NCBI GenBank assembly: GCA_965235115.1
Contig: OZ249437.1
Coordinates: 30,690,001 to 30,754,000, forward strand
DNA: 64,000 bases
From: Laetmonice hystrix
Taxonomy: Eukaryota
Direction of reading: 5' to 3'
In this document: positions 14,606 to 24,900 of the stretch, piece by piece
Layout of the letters: each line of letters starts with the position of its first letter
Position numbering within the stretch: position 1 is the first letter of the stretch
Notes under the pieces: model-generated
What the model was told of the DNA's origin: nothing
Database searches by the model: none
Seen by the model: only the letters and a program-made list of their open reading frames with translations
Translations under genes and position numbers: made by a program

Positions 14606-14785
14606 AAGTGGCGGATCCAGGGGGAGTGTCGGCCCCCCTCAAATTTGCCAAATTTAATTTTTTATAACCAGAATGCCTTATTGTTTTTACAACGGACCCC
14701 TCTCGATTTGCCCTTTTTATGCTGGACGGTGGACTCCCCTAGGACCACCCCCCCCCCCCTGAATATAGACCCTAGATCCGCCCCT
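14606..14785. mobile_element. GGCGGATCC-type MITE
   Basis: Ends AAGTGGCGGATCCAG ... CTAGATCCGCCCCTG. Flanks CTTAA/CTTAG (4/5 match). Internal poly-C tract. Confidence 0.7.
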
Positions 14786-16507
14786 GCTTAGTCCAGGTAT
14801 TAGTAGTGAAAAAGGGAAAATTCTTCTAGATCACTTACACAACCACAATTGTAACATTCTGGTAAAATGGTACCTTGATCATAGTGTTGGAAATGTTCAT
14901 CCTGATCATGCATATTGCACGTTGTAATGTGTACAGACCCTTTTCTTCATCATCAGTTCATGTTAGTCCAATTCTTACTGACTATCCTACAGCAGCCATA
15001 AAGCTTAGCTGAGACACATATAATATATTTGACATACCAGCCTCAAATAAAAAGAAAATTGCACAACATGACAAATGAGCAAATCCAGACTTTTTGGACT
15101 TTTTTTGGGGGGGGGGGGGTACGTCAGGGATGATACAATTTTTAAAATTATGTCACATATGGCCCATGGGCGGTGAGGTCTAGAAATTTCATCAACTTTG
15201 GTCTCAATTGAAATTTTAAATAGTAATACTAATAGGCTAATATAAGCTTCGGGTTCACTGCATGTCAGCAGTTTACCAACCCTAGTGTCATACTAGTGTC
15301 TAGTTTATGCTATCCATTCTATTTTAGGCCTACATTACACTCACTACAGAACTTCTGCATCTACCACTCCGTACTGGTATACCTTCATCTCAGAACTGAA
15401 GATTTAAGGTATCGGTGACCAATAGTTCACTTCCAACAATACAAGACTTGTCAAAAGAGAGGATCAGTTTCGGACAGTTTGCCAATTACCGGTAAACAAT
15501 GTCATGACATAACCTATACTATAAGTATACCTCATGTTGTGGCAGTGAAGTCTGATTTTGTCATTTGTAATTTACGATGTTTTTTTTGGTTGTTGATATG
15601 TTGTTTTGTTTTGGTACAAGTCCGGATGCAAGTCTAATTTCCTTTGAAGAAACATTTGAAGTAAGATCTACAGTTCAAGATGATGCGGTTTAGTCGGACA
15701 CGTGGAGATGTGACAACATTTCCATGCGGCCCATCCCACTGACCCAAGGCTGTCCAACTCTTGAGCACTGGACCCGAGCCAGGCGCCACGGCCACAGCGT
15801 CGCCGCCGCCACCTCACCCAGCCCAAGCCCGCGAGGCGGATCGAGCTCCATCAGCCGGAACGTTCTCTAACTCGATCCTTACCATCGAGGGGCGTGTGTG
15901 CCCGGCGGCTGCAGCTACCCTTCACACTCTCGCTACCTTATGATCCTAAACATACGAGTACAACCCACCTGCCATGGTCAAGCCTTCAGCCGTCATGGTG
16001 CGGATAGTTCACACGTGATTTGTACACCAGCTAAATGGACGCGTCACTGACTTTGTCCACTTACATAGACATTTCTAACTAAACAGGCAGCCGACTTGAC
16101 GTTTTTGTCTGCCTCTGGCCGGCCTGATGGGGGTCGAAACTACAGCCGTCGTAAAAGCCAAAGGGTTTCAGGAAAAGAAAGAAAATAAGTCAAGGTCCTA
16201 GACTTTTTGTTTGGATCAATTAAATTGCAATAACTAAATTAATTCACCACTATTATAACCGTGTGCTTAGTCTACCCCAGGACACAGCCAGAGCACATGT
16301 AGACAGTTGTTTACTCCCTGGCCAGCATCTTTGTCCACCTTGGGTTTATAATACACGTGAAAGCCTAAGCATCAACACCGGAACAGATAGATCTATATTA
16401 TTGAAACGCCTATCTTGTAGGCCTACGATTAATTAAAAACATAAATTAGGTCTATAGGTATAAATTAATCCCTAAGATGTCATTAATTAGTACTATTGAA
16501 ATGTTAC

Positions 16508-16630
16508 CGACATCACAGGGTGACGTACGGACAGATTATCTGGTTTAACTGGCTGAATGATCTTGTAACATTTGGGGCCAAAGTCCTCTCATCTCCGGTG
16601 TTCGAACTTCCCGCAAGATGGCGCTATTGA
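16508..16630 (-). promoter_or_regulatory. Putative TSS and non-coding first exon of the minus-strand gene
   Basis: YY1-type motif CAAGATGGCG at about 16614-16623 in a locally GC-richer patch. Minus-strand donor TCG|gtaaca at 16508/16507. Confidence 0.4.
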
Positions 16631-18286
16631 CCGGCCTACTCTATTAAATCTACCGTTATAGGCCTAATATCTTTGACTCGAAATTGATAGATAGGTCCTT
16701 AGACTTAGAAAACAACAAGATGCAGTACAGTACGTCAGTAAAAAGAGGGCAAGATTTTACTTGCAATGATAATAATTAAAAATAATGAATGCATCCACAT
16801 GGGATGTGGCACATTTTTTGCGACAATGCGACAGATGGACAGCCCTGTTAATGAAAAAATTCTTTCAGCTAGGCCTAACTCTAAGACCTTGGATTTTGTC
16901 CCCAGATCATGAAAACGCGTAGGCCTATTTGGCACTTTAATTTTCTTTTTTTTCCCAGACCCCCCGCTCGAGGCTTAATAATTTTTTTTTTAAATGCAAT
17001 AGGCCTAAAGCCCAACGATATCTTTGAAAACCTCGCTTGAGCCCGGTGCGAGGTTTTCATTGAAACACGCCGCTCTCTCCCCATCCAGACTGCACAAATA
17101 GGCCTAGGCTATAGTCTAAAATACAAAATACAAAAAGACATGTGTTGCCAATCTGGTGGAGCTTGAATTTCCGGAGGTTTAGAAATCACTTAATCTACGA
17201 GCGGCGTCAGCCGCGAAGCCTTGCCGCTAGATAGGCCTATAGATTTATTTTAGGGCCTAGCCTAATAGACATTAAAATATGCATTTTCGTGCCATTTGAA
17301 GGGGACTTGGATTAAAAATAAAAGTCATGCCAAGTGTGATTATCACAGCCTTTTACCATTTTTAAAAAATAAATCTTCCAGATTTCAACTTTTGAGCATA
17401 GGCCTAGCATCATAGGCATTTAGATAGGCCTATCTATCACAGTTATTGTCGGATTCTTTTTTTTCTTGAGACATTTTTTTGTGATTTTCTGGAGATTCTA
17501 CGGTAATTCGGGAGGAGGGAGGAGGGTGGGACTTGCTATAAATTTTCGGGAGACTCCCGAATGATTCGGGAGGGTTACTAATAGGCTACTGGATGTACAA
17601 AACCTCTTCGGTGTGCCGTCGGCGTAGTAGCCAAAATAATAGCCCCTGCGCTGTCCTGGAGTCAGCTGGGGGGGGGGGGGGGGGGGGGGTCCCTCCGCTG
17701 GCCCGGGATCCGCCACTGCTAGCTACGCTGTAATTTCTGTATGCATGCACAAAGGAGAGCTTGGGAAACCTAATTCTGAAAACCAGGGAGAAAATTAGAT
17801 CTATTAATTATTTTTATTTTGCCCCAGCCATCCGTTCGCCACGTAGCTGACGTAGCCGACGGCTAGGCCTACACTCTCTGAACATGATCGTGAAATATGA
17901 TAAAAAAAAATTATGTTCTTGCTCGTCACGCTGGCGAACCTTCTGCCTAAAAATATAGGGTCTACATGTGTGCCTACAGCTTATATAAGGGACAGATATC
18001 GAAAATGTAGGCCTATGTGGCAAGAGAAAATCTGTCATTTCAGGTAGGACCAATATTTAATATGCCAGTGCCTTTTTGCCGTTCTTCATATTATGTCCTT
18101 TCTCGCGATATATCGCGGTATGTAAACTTCAAGCATGCGTACGCCACGTGTCGCTATTTCCGTGAGACGAGTCTTCCTCTTGACAACCAAATAACTGAGT
18201 TGATCTACTGTAATATTGATGATTCTGAAGTTCGTAGCAGTTGTTACGCCGAGGATCAGTACTCATCACACTGACTACTGGGAACT

Positions 18287-19557
18287 AATGCACTTTAAGG
18301 GTCGCTACTTTTTGGCGCTAAAGAAGAACGTTCGCTGGTTGTCAAGGCCATATATATATGAAGGCCGCCAGGTGGCCAGTCAAAATATTCCAGAGGCATT
18401 TTAGGACATTTTTGAGGTCATTTTTGAATTCCTCGTGTGAAAGTATGGTTAATACGTAGTATTAACCTGGATTTGAATCAATAGTACGTACATTGCATGT
18501 GGAAGCTTTTCTCTGCTGCTGAAAATATGAGGTGAGAACAAGGCCTGCCGGAACTACTTGCAGCACTTGTTAGACTCTGTCTGTGGCCCACTGTCTACAG
18601 GTGTGCATAAACCGAGCGACTTGTAGGCTATGCTTGGTCTAAACTCTATTTTAATGACGTCACAAACGAAACGTATCTACTTAACCCAGAAAGACCTACA
18701 TAAAAGTATATTTAATATGGTGGATCGACAAGCAAAATGTAAAATAGGGTTGTCTGACACACTTAGCTTTGGCTTAGCCTGGCTTAGCCTTAGCTTAGCT
18801 TAGGACCTATGTTTAGACTAGGCCGATACTCGGTATGACTATCTTAGTATCTATAGATTTAGTCTATAGGCAATACTAGATCTAGCGCTATATTTATTAT
18901 AGACGATCTAGTTGAGCAATAGAGCCAAGTCCTACACCTACAGACACTAGAAATAGAATGTAGACAGTGCATGGACGAGGATGTATTGTGTTAAAGTTTG
19001 CATTATGTGGTGGGGGAAATCCCCCACACCCCCTAGGCTAGAGGCTCAGCCTAGGCTAGGGCTAGGCTTTATTAACGATCAGAGAATAACGATCAGGGAA
19101 TGATTGCATCTAACTGTGTGGGGGAATTCCCCCACACCCCCTTTATTGAGAATGATTGCAGTATCTGGGTGGGGGAAATCCCCCACACCCCCTCCTATCA
19201 ACCATACTATTAAGATATAGTTCCTAATCTGGCGTAGGAATATTATGATTTTTTTAAACGCCATCTTGGATTTAGCCGCAACGTCTTTCTCAGCAGTGGA
19301 AATGCATGTTCAACATACGAAATTAGGATGTTTACGATTGATGTGAAATAGTAGGTTAGTAAAGTAGTGTCTAAGAATCATGCAGGTAGAATTTGGTTGC
19401 ATTGGCTGTAGTATAAATGTGATAAAATCTGGTTAGAAAAGTCGAATCGAGGATCGTCGGACAGGACAAGGGGCGGGGCTTGTTGCCAAGAAAAATTCCT
19501 ATGGAACGTATGACGTGATGCAAGTTTTGGCGGGACCAGCGACCCTTAAAGTGCATT
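18287..19557. mobile_element. 1.27-kb segment bounded by a perfect 20-bp inverted repeat (TTAA/GGG ends, Kolobok-like)
   Basis: AATGCACTTTAAGGGTCGCT (18287-18306) and its exact reverse complement AGCGACCCTTAAAGTGCATT (19538-19557). No ORF inside. Confidence 0.55.
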
Positions 19558-19740
19558 CTACCCGACTACTGGAAGTAGTGGTAGGTATCAACCGATAGTC
19601 ATAGACTGTGTACGCCGAGTCCAGACAGCGTTGTCCGAGACTGGCGAGAGGCGCCGACTGCCAGCACAACCCCGCCCCACTGGCACACAGGACCCCGGTA
19701 CTGGCGCCGTGGCGGTAGCCTCGGATGATGAGGGTCCGAG
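19465..19740 (+). promoter_or_regulatory. Candidate promoter / non-coding first exon region of DNAJC10
   Basis: GC box GGGGCGGGGC (about 19470) and TGACGTG (19511-19517), followed by plus-strand donors GTG|gtaggt (about 19580) and GAG|gtcagt (19740). The first coding exon has an acceptor at 21925, so an upstream exon must exist. An alternative donor GAG|gtgaga lies at 18531. Confidence 0.3.
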
Positions 19741-19860
19741 GTCAGTGGGTGCGACTTGACGAGATTAGAGAAGTTGAGTCCTGTATACAGGTATACAATA
19801 TGGGCACTTGACTTAATTGTGAATTGTGATTGAATTTATTGATAGAAAATGAAAATTATG

Positions 19861-20201
19861 GTGAGTGAGTGAGTGAGTGAGTAGTTTTAACGCCCAGTCA
19901 GCAGTATTTCAGCTATTTCAGGGCGAGAACGAGGTAACTAACTCAGTCGGTGAAATCCATTGGGTGATAATGAGATGATAGGAGGAAACCTGGCATCGGG
20001 GCGAACCCCTACTCTTATCGATAGGTGCCAAGGGATCTTTAACGTGCCCCTCCACATAGACGTATCGTGACACAGCCGGCCTTTGACAAAGCAGTCGGCA
20101 GCACTGCTTATGCAGGAAAGTCCGGCGCGGCCGCGGATCGAACCCGGAACCCTTGGATCAAAGGTCCCGTGCTCTAACCACTGCGCCACCCCGGTCCCCC
20201 T
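19861..20201 (-). mobile_element. Full-length tRNA-derived SINE (family 1) with 13-bp TSD
   Basis: The - strand head GGGGACCGGGGTGGCGCAGTGGTTAGAGCAC...GGTTCGATCC carries A and B boxes, and the (ACTC)n tail is at 19861-19880. AATGAAAATTATG is duplicated at 19848-19860 and 20202-20214. Confidence 0.9.
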
Positions 20202-20828
20202 AATGAAAATTATGAATGGAGAGTGGGGGGGGGGTGCAAAAATTTAATATTTACAGGTTAGGTCTTCCTTGCACTAAATGAACTTGATGAATCATTTTAA
20301 AAATGTCGACGAGCAAAAGAGTGAAAGTTTCTCTATGCAAGTAGGATTTTGACCACATTTGGTGACGGTGGGACATGCTCCAACATCACGCCAGCAAAAT
20401 CGCTGATTTGGCGATTTGGTTCAATCCTATTGGATAAAGCTTTTCAGCTAAGTAGCCAAATATCCAATTAACAAGCAACTTGTTTGGACTCAATAATTAG
20501 AGTCAAACAAAGATAATCTTATTTAGCCATTGCTGGTTAAATATACACTACCACTCGTCTGCCAGTAAGTAACCCTGGCTGCAGCATGGGACATGATCTA
20601 TCCATTCCCCTGCTTCATCCATGCCAAATCCTTTCCAAAATATGGGAATGCCACAATGTAGGTTTATACCTCTCATGCACTGGCCACCCACAGACTTATG
20701 TATAATTGAGATAAGTGAAGGAGCTGCAACTTTTACAAAAAGCCATGAAGGAGATTCTGAGACAGTGACTACGACATTTTTCAGTGTTTCAGTATTACAT
20801 GCAGGTGCCTTGAATGGATTGTATTAAT

Positions 20829-20994
20829 TAGTGGCAGATTTACAGGGGGCACGCCCCCCCCCCCGCCCAACAAAATTTTTCAAAAGCAGGGTTCCCCCCC
20901 CATACTGAGACTCTTGCCCATGTCAGGTAGCTATATATCCATTCCTCCACCCATACCTCTGTGCCCCCAAAGGAAAATCCTGGATCCGCCCCTG
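20829..20994. mobile_element. GGCGGATCC-type MITE with perfect 5-bp TSD
   Basis: Ends TAGTGGCAGATTTACAGG ... CCTGGATCCGCCCCTG. TTAAT is duplicated at 20824-20828 and 20995-20999. Confidence 0.75.
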
Positions 20995-21007
20995 TTAATA
21001 TCGTGTA

Positions 21008-21533
21008 CAGTCAAACCTGCCTATTACAGCCACCATCGGGACCAGCTAAAAGTGGCTGTTATACATAGGTGGAGGCTATAAGGAGGGTCGATGTCTTGTC
21101 ATAAAATTCAAGAGCTTTAACTTTCTCGGTTTTCTCAGACACCCGAATGCCAAATTCACGATGTGTTTCAGTCAATGATGCAGGATTGATAGGAAAGTAA
21201 GGAAACATGTCGACAGCCTCTTCTTTTTATAACAACCCAATAGCCAGCCAACTGGGCATTTGATACAACAATCTGGAAGGGGTTGTAACAACCGTAGAGA
21301 ATCATTAGGAATGTTTTTTGAACATAGATCCGTCACCTTGGCTGAGCATCACCAACACCGAGTCCACCGTCTCTGGTTATGGAGTGCTGCAATCACATGC
21401 TCCACGGGCAGCACCAACTGATAATCGCAGTCAAAATTTCCCATGTATGGAGACTGCATCCGGACTTTGTAATAGTGGCAGTTATATCTAGGTGGCGGTT
21501 ATGTCAAGGTGGAGCTTAGAGCAGGTTTGACTG
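21008..21533. mobile_element. Tc1/mariner-pogo-type MITE
   Basis: TIR CAGTCAAACCTGC / GCAGGTTTGACTG flanked by TA on both sides (21006-21007, 21534-21535), plus subterminal GGTGG..G.TA repeats. Confidence 0.85.
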
Positions 21534-21963
21534 TAAATAGGATTCTATAATTCTGGGCCCCGTCTTACTAAACGTGGTTATTAACAATATAGTTAACCGC
21601 TGGTGAAGTAGGCCGTCGCCAAGGTGACAACCGGACAACAACGTTAGCAGGCACCCCAGCTCTAGTTAAAAACGATTTCTGGTTATTAACCAGCTGCGAG
21701 TTAACCAGGGCCCCTGTTTGGATTAGCAGAAATTTTGAGGATCTAGTGCAGTTTGAATGGTCACTTGTCGTGTGGGTGAGTGGGGTTGGCAAACATCGTG
21801 TTATGACCCTTGAAGTTGTACTGTCTAAATTATGACCCTGGCTGTTGTTAACTTTTTAATCTCCACAACCCAATCCCATCAGAACACCTAACCAGAATAT
21901 GTCGACTTCTTTTTCTTTTCTTCAGATGAAAAGGTGGAGTCTGCTGTATTGAGAATATCCACA

Positions 21964-24900
21964 ATGTCTTCCAAAACCTTTGTGTTGGTGGCACTGAAAG
22001 TGTCTTGCCTGGTTCTCATGGTGGCAAGTGAGGACTTCTACAAGCTTCTAGAGATCACAAGAGAAGCTTCACAACGGGAAATACGCCAGGCCTTTAAGAA
22101 GAAAGCTCTGAAGATGCATCCAGATAAGAATGTGGTATGAAATTAAAATATTTGGACACTGGTTTCCTTATTGTTATAAGAAAAATCTAGCCTTACAGAA
22201 AACGTGCAGAAATACTTTTTATAGGGTGACCACAGCACAGGGAAAACAGGGGAAATAGCACCCAAACAATTCCTTGCATGGAAAATCTGGAGAATTTGTA
22301 TAGGAATCTGCAAAACACAGTAAATACAATGGGAACAAAATGGCAGCCAGGAAAGAAATTAGTCAAATGCTCACTTTTAATTGTTGGATAAAATGATGGT
22401 GATTTTATTTAGGATGACTGCCTGGCTACCATATTTGATTAATACACTGATTAGTTGCCTTATCGGACAAGAGGGATTTATCATGGGGCAGGGATAACTT
22501 GAAAATGTAATTTGTCTGGTCACCCAGTTTTTATTCTGAAGGCAGGCTGTTTTTATTATGAATATTGAATCGCTTGGATGCAGTAATAAAATATTTCTTT
22601 CTATTTGTAGGATGACTCCAAAGCTCATGAGAAATTTCTGCAAATAAATCGTGCTTATGAAGTCTTAAAGGATGAAGAGTTACGCAAAAAGTATGACACA
22701 TATGGGGAGGAGGGATTGAAGGAAGATGCTCCCTCTGGTGGTGGATATCAAAGTTGGAAGTTCTACAATCAAGAGTTTGGTCTCTATGATGATGACCCTG
22801 CAATCATTACACTCAGCAAATCTGACTTTGGTATGAAGATCCCATTGAGATTATCCTGGTTTTGACAGTTTTGACCCTCTGAGGGATTTTTATCCTGTGT
22901 GATCTCAATTTGCAAAGTTCTTTTTTTTCAAAGTAGATAAGCTTCATATCTTGTTAATGATTTCTCTGTCAGTGATCAAGTAGCGTTTAACTTAGGATAA
23001 GTATTCAGTAACCAATACTCGTGGTGTTTATTGATCTGAGTTCAATTAAAAATTGCAAATAAAGTTTCATGCAAGATCCATTTAAAGGCAAATCTTGATG
23101 TAGAAATAATGTAATCAACATTTTTGCCAACGTTTTTAAACCAGTTTTTAGTAGATTGCCATTTCAAATAAGAGGTGTTTACATCAATTTACAATACTTT
23201 AGAATGAAACACTTTAAGTGTAAAACAATGTTCTGATTTTTTTTTTTCAGAGGCATCAGTACAGAACACAGGCGATATTTGGTTTGTCAATTACTATTCT
23301 CCACACTGTGGACATTGTCACGACTTGGCACCAGCTGTAAGTCCATAAATCAATAGATAATAAATGAATTTATAACTTACAGGGTAATAGAAGGGACAAT
23401 TTTACCATCAGTCTTTGAAACTAGGAGCAGTTAGGAATGAAGTTATCAATGTTAATGATGTTGCATCGTCGGAAGCCTGAAACGCGTCTCTATGAATTGG
23501 GTTTTTCAGTGGACCATGTGTAGGCCTTTTTTTCATTTTTCATTTTTAACAAACCTTTAGTTTATCATAAAATATTTATTTGTCCTTCCTCCATCGAAAC
23601 AATAGAGTACGTACTCTAACAATTTCTATAGAATTTTAGAAGGGTTATCCGAACCTTTGGTGTATGTACAATGGCTGACAAGGCATGTGTAAAAATGCTT
23701 ACCTAAGGATGTTGGTGCACCCGCAATATTTTCCCCTTAAAACTAAAACACGGCCGATTTCGGATTATAGCTGCAGTATTGTTAAATTTACCCAATGAGC
23801 CCCTAGTTTTTTAATGTTAAATATATTGGATTATTTCAGTGGAGGGAGCTAGCTCAGGAGTTGGAGGGAGTGATTCGTATTGGTGCTGTTAACTGCGGAG
23901 ATGATTGGATATTATGTCGAGAACAGGGTATCCACAGTTACCCCTCACTCATTATGTACCCCAAGGTAAGACAGTCATTTTGAGTTGTATGGATCAGAAT
24001 CTAATTCAGAATATGCATTTTTACCCACACCGGCCCGCCCGGCACTGATTTCAACCGCTCAGCAAAAAACTAAAAAGGTTCGAGTGCTGCCAGGCAGGAA
24101 TTTTTATTGGGCCTGTCATCTGATAAATGTGTTCATAATAGCTTCTCTCTTGTTTCTTCCTTCCTAAGGCGCTAACCATATGGGGGTAGAAAGATTTTAT
24201 AAATAAATTTCCTGGCTCCATTTCTTCAACAAGAAGAATTTGGTTCCCTCTGTAGTTGAAAATAATATTCTGGCTCTAGCACAAAACTACCGCCCGGCAC
24301 TCAATATTTTCTGGGCACATCCCTGCCTGAGGTACTTTAGTATGTATTTAGGTCTGCGAAATCTTTTGGTCTACAAAAGTTTTGCTGAGGTCCTGACAGT
24401 GTGATTGTTTTTTCCTCAAGAGAAGGAAGTTCCATGGTGATCGCTCCAAGCGTGAGTTGATGAAGTTTGCTCTGAGTCACGTGAATGCAGAAGTGGTTGA
24501 ACTGTGGTCTGGAAACTGGAAGGCCGTGATGCAGGATAAGGAGAGGGCTAAGTTACCATGGATTCTCAATGTCTGTGGAGATGGTGGAGGTAGGTGTGGC
24601 TCAGGACTTGTACTTCAGGTCATCATCTCAATATAGTATCATTGAATTCTCTTAGGAGAGACAATGCCATGGCAAGGAGACTTAAACTTTTTCTGTTCAA
24701 AATTAGTTCGATATAAAATACATTTTCTCTTAATCCAATTCTTTGGTTTCACTCAATCCTTCTCCTCCTGGCACCAGACTGTATGCTGAAGCAGAACACA
24801 CGGAAGTTGGCAGCTTCATTGGTGAGTAACAGCTTATGTGATTTTTAAATGGGACAGAGTCCTTAAAAATGTTTAAATGCTGACAGGTTGGCATGTACTA

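Noticed and set aside
16128-16150. Hammerhead-ribozyme-like CTGATGG...GAAA (also CTGATGA...GAAA at 52934)
   Set aside because: The first lacks the conserved A of CUGANGA, and neither has a stem II or convincing flanking stems.
20120-20201. tRNA-like sequence with A and B boxes (also at 11250-11375)
   Set aside because: Acceptor and anticodon stems are disrupted, and the sequences continue into SINE bodies with tails and a TSD; not functional tRNA genes.
21934-21963. Upstream GTG start of the ORF-track DNAJC10 N-terminus (MESAVLRIST)
   Set aside because: ATG at 21964 (A at -3) directly precedes a normal signal peptide; there is no reason to invoke a GTG start.
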